Positions 41,798-51,493 of a DNA stretch of 64,000 nucleotides are shown here, piece by piece. The notes under the pieces are model-generated. The model saw only the letters and a program-made list of their open reading frames with translations. It did no database searches and had not been told where the DNA came from. The stretch is taken from IMG/VR virus record IMGVR_UViG_3300046786_000502, positions 32,001 to 96,000 of that record. One strand, written 5' to 3'. The first letter of the stretch is position 1; the number at the start of each line of letters is the position of its first letter. The stretch is from a virus. Both the position numbers and the translations under genes were made by a program.

Positions 41798-42250
41798 ATG
41801 GAAGTTCTTTTAGGCTCTTTGTTTACTCTCGCTGTCATTATGTTTGCATCTAAACGTTTCAGTGAGAGTACAAAGAATACAAAACTATCTTTGCGTGTAG
41901 ATATGACACAGTCAAAGAAATTAGACTTGATGAAAACAACCAATATGTTTGCTGATATGGTTAAATATGTTGAAAAACTGAATAGTGGTCCGCAAACTCA
42001 GAGCCAGAAGCACTTCGACTCTATGCATATTAAGGTTATTATTGCACAAGACGAGGCCTATTGGATCGCAAATAATGTATTCTATGTAGCAGACATTGAT
42101 TCGGAAAGCAGAATGGTATTACAGGAAACTGCAAGAGCAGTTGACACAATGACCATGGATGATGTACAATTGAAAAAGATAGAAGAAATAGTTGAGCTAC
42201 TTAGAAAGGGCGAAGATGATAGTCGTAGTACAGGGAACCAAGAGTTTTGA
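41798..42250 (+). CDS. Hypothetical membrane-anchored protein
   Basis: N-terminal hydrophobic segment; leaderless promoter upstream. Confidence 0.65.
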   Translation: MEVLLGSLFTLAVIMFASKRFSESTKNTKLSLRVDMTQSKKLDLMKTTNMFADMVKYVEKLNSGPQTQSQKHFDSMHIKVIIAQDEAYWIANNVFYVADIDSESRMVLQETARAVDTMTMDDVQLKKIEEIVELLRKGEDDSRSTGNQEF

Positions 42251-42569
42251 TGATTACTCTGTGTTCCTAACAGCTATGCGTTCAGCATTGATACAAATCA
42301 ATCCAGACGATAAAGAATTTACAGTTTTGTCTGCAGGTCCTTTAAAGATAAATGAAATGGTTATGGAGTTTGTCAACGTTTCGGAAAGATCGTTGAAGTT
42401 GAAGGGAATCAAGGCACGTCATGCTAAGATTCATCCAGAATGGGTAATACATAATTATGCTGAAATTGATTTTTACGCATACTTGTGCAAACCTAAAGAG
42501 GAACTTGGCACAATTGTCAAGGATGCTCAAAATAAAGATGTAAACGTACAGGTTTACAGACAATTCTAG
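42216..42569 (+). CDS. Hypothetical protein (SLOG/YspA-like N-terminus)
   Basis: IVVVQGTKSFDDY motif. Confidence 0.55.
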   Translation: MIVVVQGTKSFDDYSVFLTAMRSALIQINPDDKEFTVLSAGPLKINEMVMEFVNVSERSLKLKGIKARHAKIHPEWVIHNYAEIDFYAYLCKPKEELGTIVKDAQNKDVNVQVYRQF

Positions 42570-42611
42570 ATCTGCAAAGTATGCAGACTATGGATATAGA
42601 AAGATAATGAA

Positions 42612-42848
42612 ATGAAGAATATCAAGTCATTAGAGCAAATGGAAAAGATTGTGAAGTCAACACGCTCTCTTAGTTGGGATGGTTGGGATGTGCTCAAGTC
42701 ATATCCAAATCCAACTGCATGGAGAAAGCCAAATGCACGTTATATCAAGGGCAGATGGTTCACTGTTGACCGCTACCCAGTAACAGAGAATGGGTGGATC
42801 ATTCCTGAATCAGCACTAAAGGACAACTATGCAGGTAAAAGAAAATAG
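42612..42848 (+). CDS. Hypothetical protein
   Basis: 78 aa, Trp-rich (SWDGWD). Confidence 0.65.
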   Translation: MKNIKSLEQMEKIVKSTRSLSWDGWDVLKSYPNPTAWRKPNARYIKGRWFTVDRYPVTENGWIIPESALKDNYAGKRK

Positions 42849-43125
42849 AAATGCATGGAAGTCTAGAGCACAGTGCAAAGGGTTTGACACAGAACTATTC
42901 TTTGACAAGTATGAAGAAGATGTTGAGTTAAGAGCTGACGTTGATGAGCTGTGTGCCATGTGCCCAGTAGCACGTCAATGCTTTGCTACTGGAGTATCCC
43001 AAAAAAGTTGGGGTGTCCATGGTGGAGTTTACCTAGTAGATGGTGAAATCTCTAGAGAGTTTAACAATCATAGAACAAAGGCAAAATGGTCAGAGACATG
43101 GAAGAACCTAACAATGGACAAATAA
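42829..43125 (+). CDS. whiB: WhiB-family Fe-S transcription factor
   Basis: W..RAQC...FF...CAMCPVARQC...GVHGG. Confidence 0.88.
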   Translation: MQVKENRNAWKSRAQCKGFDTELFFDKYEEDVELRADVDELCAMCPVARQCFATGVSQKSWGVHGGVYLVDGEISREFNNHRTKAKWSETWKNLTMDK

Positions 43126-43691
43126 ATGGCCATATAGACGGGCTATTTATTGAAAAAGATACAACGGTGTACTCTGAGGGAAACTTTGTTGGATATGGTT
43201 TTGATAGGGTTAGTAGCATTAAGCAGGAATTGTTTGGTGTTATTAGAAATAAATACTCTAACTTTAATGTTTTCAGTGATGTTCTAGAGTCTGATAAAAC
43301 CATAACCGCAGTTGTATTTTTTGAAGATGCTGACGTTGAGTTATTGGGTGTAAAAATACACGTTGCACAAGGATCAGTCTTTGCATCTACAAAACAGATT
43401 GATCTTGATGCAATCTCTAGTGTTCCTAACATTGCCTTTCATTTTGGGTATGGTCCAAGATCTGCAACAGTTTTTGGAAATGGTAGTAACGAGTATGAAG
43501 TGTCAGTATTGATTCGTGATACATACAAGGTCAGGATTTTTGCTAACTCAAAAGATGAAGCACTCAGTATAGCTGATGACATCCCACTTCATGATTGGGA
43601 GCATCCAGATGTACTAGAGGATGCACACCTGGAAGATAGACGTATAATTCGTCACTGTAGATGGGGAAACCTGTCAGTTAAGGAACTATAA
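43086..43691 (+). CDS. Hypothetical protein
   Basis: 201 aa ORF; start uncertain. Confidence 0.55.
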   Translation: MVRDMEEPNNGQINGHIDGLFIEKDTTVYSEGNFVGYGFDRVSSIKQELFGVIRNKYSNFNVFSDVLESDKTITAVVFFEDADVELLGVKIHVAQGSVFASTKQIDLDAISSVPNIAFHFGYGPRSATVFGNGSNEYEVSVLIRDTYKVRIFANSKDEALSIADDIPLHDWEHPDVLEDAHLEDRRIIRHCRWGNLSVKEL

Positions 43692-43936
43692 TGTACACAG
43701 ATGATATGCGAAGAGCATTTAGATCTTTAGATCACCATAAACCAGCAGGGTTTAAACTAAGCATTATAGACAATGAGCATTTCCTTACTGTCAGTGCTAG
43801 TGAGCCTGACTTTTTTAGGCTTGATATTGATGGAAAAATGCAAGCTGTTCAGTATATGATGATGGTCAAAAATGCACTAGAAATGAATGGTGCTATTGTA
43901 ATGCTAGTTCGTGAGGGTGGAAAAGAAGACACATGA
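43691..43936 (+). CDS. Hypothetical protein
   Basis: 81 aa, TAATG-coupled. Confidence 0.65.
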   Translation: MYTDDMRRAFRSLDHHKPAGFKLSIIDNEHFLTVSASEPDFFRLDIDGKMQAVQYMMMVKNALEMNGAIVMLVREGGKEDT

Positions 43937-44079
43937 GAAAAAAGATAAAGATTGTTGCGTATTCACTGCTATCTATTAGTGCTGTAGGTGCTTTATATGT
44001 TGCTGCACAGTTGACAAAGCTTAAGGATTCGGATATACTAGAGGTACACTTTGACGAAGATGAAGAGGACCTATTTTAA
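43933..44079 (+). CDS. Small membrane protein (48 aa, not in ORF track)
   Basis: MRKKIKIVAYSLLSISAVGALYVAA...; coupled at both ends. Confidence 0.65.
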   Translation: MRKKIKIVAYSLLSISAVGALYVAAQLTKLKDSDILEVHFDEDEEDLF

Positions 44080-44567
44080 TGCAAACTTTTTTGCCATCCA
44101 AAGATTTTGATGTAGCTGCTAACATGCTTGATTCTAAGCGTCTTAACAAGCAGATTCTTGAATGCTACCAAATCCTAAAAGTATTGTCTAACAAAGATCC
44201 AAAAGCAGCGTGGCGTAATCACCCTGCTGTAAAGATGTGGCGTGGGCATGAACATGGACTATTTACCTACACACTTGCAATGGTTAAAGAGGCAAACAAG
44301 CGTGGCATTAAAACAGATAAGAATATGGAAAACCTAATTGCACTTCGTGTTGTATTCATATCTGAGTGGGGCAGTGGATTTCCTTCTTGGTACTACAATA
44401 AGAGTGAAATGAAGAGAATTACAACCACACACAGAGCACGTTTATATGTGAAAGATCCAGTATATTATTTTGACTTTGTTTCCTATCAGGACCACGAAGC
44501 AAATAAGCCATGCTGCGATGGGTGTAACTACTATTGGCCAACTCATATGGAGAAGGTGCTATCTTGA
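44079..44567 (+). CDS. Pyrimidine-dimer DNA glycosylase / endonuclease V-like
   Basis: MQTFLP, LD.KRLNKQ.LE, NHPAVKMWRG, YYWP. Confidence 0.85.
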   Translation: MQTFLPSKDFDVAANMLDSKRLNKQILECYQILKVLSNKDPKAAWRNHPAVKMWRGHEHGLFTYTLAMVKEANKRGIKTDKNMENLIALRVVFISEWGSGFPSWYYNKSEMKRITTTHRARLYVKDPVYYFDFVSYQDHEANKPCCDGCNYYWPTHMEKVLS

Positions 44568-44989
44568 TACAGACAATTATCACAGACCTATTACTTTTGG
44601 TTCCAGTTGCAACAACAATTTTGCTAGCGTACCAGAGTATCAAAATGCGTATTAGCAACATAGAGCTTGCCCAAAGACTAGCACAATCAAGCATTGACAA
44701 AGACATGCTTACTATTGAGTTGGATAGGGCATATGAAGATAAAAAGCTTGTTGAGTCTCAGGAGTTTATGCTGTTTTTAAATAAAACTAGAGATGATGCG
44801 TTTGAGTATATTGAGAATGTACAGCAAGAATTAGATAGGTTTGATAAAACCGTATCACCAATTCTTGAATATCATCAAACATATGGAACAGTCCTTGGTG
44901 AAACAGTTGACTGGAAAAATATGGAAGTTGTAAACAAAGCATACAAGAGGCTCAAGAAGATTATGCCAGAATCCGCCAAGAACAATTAA
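44564..44989 (+). CDS. Hypothetical membrane-anchored coiled-coil protein
   Basis: N-terminal hydrophobic helix; TTG start overlapping the previous stop is likely. Confidence 0.6.
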   Translation: MIQTIITDLLLLVPVATTILLAYQSIKMRISNIELAQRLAQSSIDKDMLTIELDRAYEDKKLVESQEFMLFLNKTRDDAFEYIENVQQELDRFDKTVSPILEYHQTYGTVLGETVDWKNMEVVNKAYKRLKKIMPESAKNN

Positions 44990-45034
44990 TTGGTGACATG
45001 GTATAATAATAGAAACAATTCCTAGGAGGAAAAA

Positions 45035-45313
45035 ATGAATGAACAACTAAAGGCAATCCTTGCATCATATGGACGCTCAGTCCTTGCAGGTGCTGCAACA
45101 CTATACATGGCTGGAGTTACAGATCCAAAGGATCTCGTATACTCTCTAGTCGCTGCTATTGCACCAGTTGCACTTCGCTACATCAATCCAAACGACAAGG
45201 CTTTTGGTCGCTTGCCAAAGGTCGAAGAGGTTGAGGTTGCAGTAAAGAAGGCAACACCTAAGAAGGCTCCAGTCAAGAAGACTGCTGCAAAGAAGGCTCC
45301 AACAAAGAAGTAA
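45035..45313 (+). CDS. Holin-like membrane protein with Lys/Ala-rich tail
   Basis: SYGRS..., LRYINP.D.AFG, KKAPVKK repeats; aggagg SD. Confidence 0.6.
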   Translation: MNEQLKAILASYGRSVLAGAATLYMAGVTDPKDLVYSLVAAIAPVALRYINPNDKAFGRLPKVEEVEVAVKKATPKKAPVKKTAAKKAPTKK

Positions 45314-45320
45314 TGGAGAA

Positions 45321-45348
45321 GGTGAGGGGGGCCAAAATCCCCCTCACT
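45321..45348 (+). terminator. Hairpin terminator
   Basis: ggtgaggggg...tccccctcact. Confidence 0.65.
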
Positions 45349-45358
45349 AAACAAAACT

Positions 45359-46309
45359 ATGAATAACTCAGTTTTTATTATTGTGCCTGCCTACGAAGAG
45401 ACTAGGCTTATAGATACACTACGTAGCTGTATCGATAATGCAGTGTACCCAGAGAGGTTGCGATTTGCAGTAGCACTACAGTATAAGGAGTTGCCAGAGC
45501 CAGATCTATCTGAATTTGCCGAATATATTGTAGGCATAGACAGATATGATGTTGATACACGTCCTGGACTAACAAGAATTAGATACAATCTTGTAAACAA
45601 TTACTTTACTGATGAAGAATTCTTCATGTCAATTGATGCCCACAACCAGTTTGATAAGAGTTGGGACGAAACTTTGTATAATGATTATGCAGAGTTGGTC
45701 TCTAAATATGGAAACAAGGTTGTATATTCTAAGCAAGTGGCAGACTACTATGGCAAAATTGAAAGAGATATTCTAGAGGTAACTCGCTGGGAATTCAACA
45801 AAGATTTTTCTAATCCAAAGGTAGCTAGTTCTTATGGCATTGATCAAAACCATACAATCATTGGAAATATTTTTGGTGCACCACAGTGGATAAATTCTCC
45901 AGATAAGTTTGTAAAGACACAGTTTATTTCTATGCACCTTGCCTTTGCACCAAGAGACTGGGTTCTAGAGGTTGGTGTCAATCCTGATTTGCAGGTTTTT
46001 GGAGAAGAAACTTTTAGGTCGATAGTTTCATACATGGCTGGCTGGGACACATATGCAAGAACTGATTATAACCACCTTGGACATATGCCAAAGGTAGGGG
46101 ATCCAAATAAAAAGCATATGTATGATATGTGGTGGGACCTGAAAGAGCTAAGAGATGACCCACTAGAGACAGTTCTAGAGCAAGATAAATGCATCATACT
46201 TAATGATGGAAAATTCTCTGCCTATTTTGAACGCTCTCCATTTGATTTTTGGAATGAGATTGGGTACGGAAATCTATTCCCAAAGCTTGTTTCTTTAGTA
46301 AAAAAATGA
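45359..46309 (+). CDS. GlcNAc-transferase family (Gnt1/GT60-like) glycosyltransferase
   Basis: VFIIVPAYEE, AVYPER, EEFFMSIDAH..F...WD, FGEE...GWD. Confidence 0.8.
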   Translation: MNNSVFIIVPAYEETRLIDTLRSCIDNAVYPERLRFAVALQYKELPEPDLSEFAEYIVGIDRYDVDTRPGLTRIRYNLVNNYFTDEEFFMSIDAHNQFDKSWDETLYNDYAELVSKYGNKVVYSKQVADYYGKIERDILEVTRWEFNKDFSNPKVASSYGIDQNHTIIGNIFGAPQWINSPDKFVKTQFISMHLAFAPRDWVLEVGVNPDLQVFGEETFRSIVSYMAGWDTYARTDYNHLGHMPKVGDPNKKHMYDMWWDLKELRDDPLETVLEQDKCIILNDGKFSAYFERSPFDFWNEIGYGNLFPKLVSLVKK

Positions 46310-46363
46310 TATAATAGATTGTCTGCCCAAACGGGGGACACAAAACTCGCTTAATAAAAGGAG

Positions 46364-46777
46364 ATGATATCTATGGTATATACATACGTAGACCCATTTA
46401 AGACCTTTGCAGCACTTGGTCAGGAATTTGACAAGATGTTCAAGGCAACCGCAGTAGCAAGCAACTATCCACCACACAACCTTATCAAAGAGGACGATGA
46501 AAATTTTGTCCTTCAGTTTGCTGTTGCTGGATTTAAAAAGGAGAATATCAGCATCTCTGTTGAGAATGGTATTCTAACAGTGTCTGGCGATAAGCCTGAT
46601 GCAGATGAAACAAACTATGTGCACAAGGGTATTGCTACACGTAGATTTGCTCGATCATTCAACCTGCCTGAGTATTTTGAGGTAGGACTGGCTAACTATG
46701 AGGATGGCATTCTATCTATTGATCTATTCAAGGATGTGCCTGAAGAGAAGAAGCCAAAAACAATTGTAATTCAATAA
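46364..46777 (+). CDS. Hsp20 small heat-shock protein
   Basis: NYPPHN, AVAGF, HKGIATRRFARSF, DGILSI. Confidence 0.93.
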   Translation: MISMVYTYVDPFKTFAALGQEFDKMFKATAVASNYPPHNLIKEDDENFVLQFAVAGFKKENISISVENGILTVSGDKPDADETNYVHKGIATRRFARSFNLPEYFEVGLANYEDGILSIDLFKDVPEEKKPKTIVIQ

Positions 46778-46833
46778 GGCAGTTAACCCTGGGCATGGTT
46801 TAAAACTGCCCACATTATGCTATAATTAAGCTT

Positions 46834-47283
46834 ATGGATAATTCAACTATTGTGAGCCAGCTACAAGCATTGCTGGCAGATAACATTGCTCTAAAATTTA
46901 AAGCACACGGATACCACTGGAATGTTGAAGGAGATGACTTCAAACAGTTCCACGATTTTTTCGGGGATATCTATGAAAATTATGATGCTGCAACAGATAC
47001 ATATGCAGAGTGGATAAGAGTATTCCAAGCGTATGCCCCATACAGATTGGTAGATTTCTTTGATGCCTCATCTGTTGGCGAACCATCTATTGTAGGTGAC
47101 CCACAGCCAATGCTAGCTGACTTATATACATCTATTGAAAAACATATTGCAGACTTAATAGTTGCAGGAAAGATGGCTACTGCAGCAAATGAATTTGGGT
47201 TGGCAAACTTTTTTGCAGATCGTCAAACTATTTCACAAAAATTCTGCTGGCAAATTCGTGCAAGTATTGAAATAGAAGATTAA
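46834..47283 (+). CDS. dps: Dps (DNA protection during starvation) ferritin-like protein
   Basis: HGYHWNVEG..F..FH.FF..IYE...D.YAE.IR. Confidence 0.9.
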   Translation: MDNSTIVSQLQALLADNIALKFKAHGYHWNVEGDDFKQFHDFFGDIYENYDAATDTYAEWIRVFQAYAPYRLVDFFDASSVGEPSIVGDPQPMLADLYTSIEKHIADLIVAGKMATAANEFGLANFFADRQTISQKFCWQIRASIEIED

Positions 47284-47303
47284 AAAACTGATATAATAAT
47301 ATT

Positions 47304-47393
47304 GTCCCTCATACAGGCCTACGCTTAGGATGGATTAGTTACCTATTTTATGACCGTGGCCTTCGTGCTTGAATAGCCTGTATGGGGGCTTTT
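47304..47393 (+). ncRNA. Candidate ~90-nt ncRNA with 13-bp closing stem
   Basis: ccctcatacaggc pairs with gcctgtatggggg; TGnTATAAT 7 nt upstream; T-run downstream. Confidence 0.6.
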
Positions 47394-47426
47394 ATGTTAT
47401 AATTGGTATGTAAAGAACGGATTATA

Positions 47427-48479
47427 ATGAAACTTGAGCTACAGAGTGTCTTGGAGCAAAGAAGACAAAACAACAAACTGAAGACTGATAACATTTTGCC
47501 AGTACCATGGGTTGAATTCAAAGACACTTATGAAAAAGCTTTTGCAGAAATAGATCCATACAAGACAGATTATTTGGCTATTTCTGCTGGTAATTCATTT
47601 TCATCAAAAGTAAAAGGTCAGAATGAATTGGATGATCAATCTGTAATTTATGACTTTGCTGGCCCAGGCAAGAAGGTAGTCCTTACCCTATATCACCAGT
47701 GGTATCATTTTCTGTTAGACACCCTAGTCTATGTATATCAAGCTTGGAAATATGACAAAGACATAAAATTTATTTTTATTGAAGATCTGAAGCATTCACA
47801 ATATTTTGAAGAAAAGCTAATGCCATTTCTATTAAAGTTTTTAAACCATTTTAATATTACAAATTATTCTTTTATTAAAAGAGAAGCTTTTCAAAAAAAT
47901 CCTGTTCTACTAATTAATAACTATTATTATGAAAAATTAGAGTTTGGATCAGATATTTATTGGATGTGTAATGAATTTATTAAAGATATGTACCCAGATG
48001 ATGATGCTGAGCCATTCAGGAAAGTATACATATCAAGAAGAAAAAATTATGTTAAACGATCTGATGACCAGGGCTTTGTTCAACAAGAAGGATTTGATGT
48101 GTCACGTGTTGGCAATGAAGAGGCCGTAGAGGATTATTTTAAAAAATATAATTGGGAAATTATGTACCCTGAAGATTTTGATTCAATAGATGATCAAGTT
48201 AAATATTTAAGAGAAACAAAATATTTGATGGGGGCATCTAGTGCTGGTTTGATAAATGCTTGCTTTATGAAGCCAGGGACCAACTTGGTTGAACTACTAA
48301 CCACAATACACATGTTAAAAGCAGGTGAGCATCAGACACAATTCCACGTGCTATATACGGTTATGTGTTGGAGCCTTTCTATTTTCCATGCCTCAATTCC
48401 AAATATTAAAAATGAGTTAGCCCTTTTTGAATTCATAGAAAGCAATAAGCATGCCAAAGAGCTTATACAGAACACGTAA
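47427..48479 (+). CDS. Glycosyltransferase family 61-like
   Basis: WYHFLLD, KVYISRR, RV.NE, PED...DQV, GASSAGLINACF. Confidence 0.8.
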   Translation: MKLELQSVLEQRRQNNKLKTDNILPVPWVEFKDTYEKAFAEIDPYKTDYLAISAGNSFSSKVKGQNELDDQSVIYDFAGPGKKVVLTLYHQWYHFLLDTLVYVYQAWKYDKDIKFIFIEDLKHSQYFEEKLMPFLLKFLNHFNITNYSFIKREAFQKNPVLLINNYYYEKLEFGSDIYWMCNEFIKDMYPDDDAEPFRKVYISRRKNYVKRSDDQGFVQQEGFDVSRVGNEEAVEDYFKKYNWEIMYPEDFDSIDDQVKYLRETKYLMGASSAGLINACFMKPGTNLVELLTTIHMLKAGEHQTQFHVLYTVMCWSLSIFHASIPNIKNELALFEFIESNKHAKELIQNT

Positions 48480-49296
48480 TTTTAATCAGATTGCTGAATT
48501 ACTGAATGGGGCAGTCCTAGAAAAAAGATCTACCAATGTAGATAAGCTTAGGTCTGAGTATAGATACTATTATGCATGCAATACTGTTATGCAAAGATAT
48601 ATGGTAAAACCGTTTAGCTTTAAGGTTGAAAGCGGAGAGGCCTCATATCGTATGCATAATTTGAAGTCTCCAGACTTGGGATATCTTTATGCTAATGAAA
48701 TGCTAACTGAAGATATGTTTAAGGCCTTCCTCAATAGCTTTGATATCTTTAGAAATTCTGAAGGTGCTAAGCCATTTCATCCTGCAGAATCCTACAGTTT
48801 AGTGGTGCGAAAAGCTAAAACTAGAATTCTGGATATGTATGGCGGTACATTGCCACAAGATAAGAGAGAGTTGATTCGTAGACTTGATCTTGCATACAAT
48901 CACTACAATAACTTTAGACTTACATCGTTTGCCAGACCATCACATGGAGACCCATGCTTGTCAAATGTTGTCATCACAAAAAGTGGAAATGTAAAGATGT
49001 TTGATCCCAAGGGTATAGAGTTTTTCTATTTAGATGAATACTATGACATTGCAAAAATATCACAGAGTATTCATGGTGGCTATGAGCATATAGTTCATGA
49101 CAAGACCAATTTTGTTCCACAATACCAATCAATTTTTGAAAAATATCTAGATGCTAATAAAATAAACATTGGGCTAGTGCGTGTGTATGAGGCATCGCTG
49201 TTTATATCTATGTGTCCAATGCACCAGGATAGACCTGACCATATAGATAGATTTTTTAATACGGCAGATAAGATACTGAAAGAGGTTAACTTTTGA
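48451..49296 (+). CDS. APH/choline-kinase-like phosphotransferase
   Basis: HGDPCLSN, FDPKG, YYDIAKISQS. Confidence 0.75.
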   Translation: MPKSLYRTRNFNQIAELLNGAVLEKRSTNVDKLRSEYRYYYACNTVMQRYMVKPFSFKVESGEASYRMHNLKSPDLGYLYANEMLTEDMFKAFLNSFDIFRNSEGAKPFHPAESYSLVVRKAKTRILDMYGGTLPQDKRELIRRLDLAYNHYNNFRLTSFARPSHGDPCLSNVVITKSGNVKMFDPKGIEFFYLDEYYDIAKISQSIHGGYEHIVHDKTNFVPQYQSIFEKYLDANKINIGLVRVYEASLFISMCPMHQDRPDHIDRFFNTADKILKEVNF

Positions 49297-49982
49297 TTAA
49301 CGTTGTTGTTCTGATGTCTGGTCTTGGAACCAGATTCTATAATAGTGAATTTGAAAAGCCAAAGCCTTTTATAGAAGTAAATGGAAAAGAGATGTATCTA
49401 AGGTCTGCTCACAACTGTCCTGGTGATCGTTTTGTGTTTGTTGTTCAAAAAGAAAATTCTATTCGTTTCAACATGCACACCAAGGTTTTTTCTGAGTTTG
49501 AGTCTTCTGTGATTATTGAGTTGGATGGCGTTACATCAGGTCCTGCTGTATCTGCACTAAAAGCTGCAGAATGGATTGATAACGACAATGAACTGTTGAT
49601 TATAAATTCTGATCAAGAATTATTGTGGAATTATGATGACTTTATTTCTAAGGCAAGGGAGTCTGATGGTTGCGTTGTGGTTGTTGAACGAGAGGGAGAC
49701 CGCTGGTCTTTTGCAAAAGAAGTAGATGGTGTCGTTACACTGATAGCTGAAAAAAATCAAATAAGTAAAAATGCATTGTGTGGAATACATTATTTCAAAA
49801 AGGGTAGTGATTTTATTAAGTATGCAAAACAAATGTTAGAAGACGATAATAAAGTTAATAATGAATTCTATGTATCTAACGTATATAACTATGCCATTGA
49901 AGATGGCAAAAGAGTAACAATCTATAAAGCAGACGATATGCTTGATTATGGAACACCAGAAAGCTTGAGGGCCTATATATAA
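49293..49982 (+). CDS. Sugar-phosphate nucleotidyltransferase
   Basis: MSGLGTRF...KPKPFI, NSDQ, EKNQIS, NEFYVS, YGTPE. Confidence 0.85.
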   Translation: MINVVVLMSGLGTRFYNSEFEKPKPFIEVNGKEMYLRSAHNCPGDRFVFVVQKENSIRFNMHTKVFSEFESSVIIELDGVTSGPAVSALKAAEWIDNDNELLIINSDQELLWNYDDFISKARESDGCVVVVEREGDRWSFAKEVDGVVTLIAEKNQISKNALCGIHYFKKGSDFIKYAKQMLEDDNKVNNEFYVSNVYNYAIEDGKRVTIYKADDMLDYGTPESLRAYI

Positions 49983-51493
49983 TGCTTAATCTATTAGGAA
50001 TCAACAGATATGATCCAAAAGACATTGCACCACGTGTGATTGAAACTTTGAAAAATAGTCAAATAATTTTTGGAGAGCATGAGGATGCAGCCAAAGAATT
50101 TATGAAGATGGTTGGTGTAGACTATTCAAACAAAGAAGTCTATGAGGTAAATGCCAGCAATGAATCTAAATATGCTAGATGGGCGGTAGAACAGGTTAGG
50201 CTTGGTAAAAGCATTTCATTCCTTACTGGGGATGGGTATCCAGTTATTACAGATCCAGGATATAAGCTAGTAAATACGTTTATTCAAAATGCTGAAGAGA
50301 TTCGTGTATACCCTCAAGTATCTGCAATTGTTTCATCTGTTATCTTGTCTGGATATCTTGGTGCAAACAATGAGACATTCTTTTATGGTGGGATGCTAGA
50401 TTTCATGGACGAGAAGATGAAGCTAGAAGCAATGTCCTCAAGGGATACTATTGCGGTTTATCTGTTCCAGGGCACTTTTCCTGCAATAAGAAATCTTGAA
50501 GAAATATATGGACCAGAACGTGATGTAGTTATTTGTGTAAACATGGGTCACGACACACAACAGGTTATCCACACTAAGGTTGGATTTTTGGCCAATGGGA
50601 TTCCTGGAAAATCTATTTATGCTACTTTTGTAATTGCTCCAATAAATAGAGAGTCATTCTTTAATATGAACAAAATGCCAAACAACGTTCTTGAGTATGG
50701 CAACTTAAAAGAAATTGGAATACAGCAAAGAACTAATTATATTCATAATAGTTTTAATTTTAGGTGTGATGAGTTTACCCAAAACCATTCTGAAAAACTA
50801 CACGTTCTTTTTAGTGGTTGCTCTAATACTTGGCCACAGGCAATTGATGAGGACAGGGGCTGGGCAAAACAAATGTACTACAGCCTAGATCAATCATATA
50901 ATTTAAGTGGATACTACAATCTTGGAATGCCTGGTTCTACCATATCTGAGATTTGTCAAAATGTAATGAGTTATTGTAAGATTTTTGGCAAGCCAAAAAT
51001 AATATTTTTAAATCTCCCAGATGCTGGTAGAGAATCAAATATTCCAGAGAGTCCAAACAGTAAAGATGAGTATACATCTTTTGAAAAACAACAGTATGCA
51101 GACAAGGAATATGAAAAGCTTGAGGGATATTGTGCTGTAAACAACATATTGCTAATTACTTTTAGCTGGACAGACACTATGGTTAAATCTGGAGGCTACG
51201 TTCTTTCTAACCTTAAAGAGCTGCTTGGTAAAAATCACAAAAATGTATCTATATCAAATAAGTTTAATACGTATAAACATTTTGATAAAAATGATTTTAA
51301 AGAATATGTAGTGAAATACTTCGAGGATAACCCAGAAGATCATGATGCTGATGTGGCAAGGGATGCTGATCACCCAGGTCACGCCATACATTGGGCATGG
51401 TACAATTGCTTATATGAAATGTTTACAAAAAATACTCAATACCTTAGCTTCATTGAAGGCTTCAAGAAGGTACAAGAAAGCAATCAAGCGTAA
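49982..51493 (+). CDS. Fusion: RsmI-like (tetrapyrrole methylase fold) methyltransferase + SGNH-like domain
   Basis: N-half DIAPR...GDGYPVITDPG...PQVSA; C-half NFRCDEF, LFSGCS, NLGMPGS, DADHPG. Confidence 0.7.
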   Translation: MLNLLGINRYDPKDIAPRVIETLKNSQIIFGEHEDAAKEFMKMVGVDYSNKEVYEVNASNESKYARWAVEQVRLGKSISFLTGDGYPVITDPGYKLVNTFIQNAEEIRVYPQVSAIVSSVILSGYLGANNETFFYGGMLDFMDEKMKLEAMSSRDTIAVYLFQGTFPAIRNLEEIYGPERDVVICVNMGHDTQQVIHTKVGFLANGIPGKSIYATFVIAPINRESFFNMNKMPNNVLEYGNLKEIGIQQRTNYIHNSFNFRCDEFTQNHSEKLHVLFSGCSNTWPQAIDEDRGWAKQMYYSLDQSYNLSGYYNLGMPGSTISEICQNVMSYCKIFGKPKIIFLNLPDAGRESNIPESPNSKDEYTSFEKQQYADKEYEKLEGYCAVNNILLITFSWTDTMVKSGGYVLSNLKELLGKNHKNVSISNKFNTYKHFDKNDFKEYVVKYFEDNPEDHDADVARDADHPGHAIHWAWYNCLYEMFTKNTQYLSFIEGFKKVQESNQA

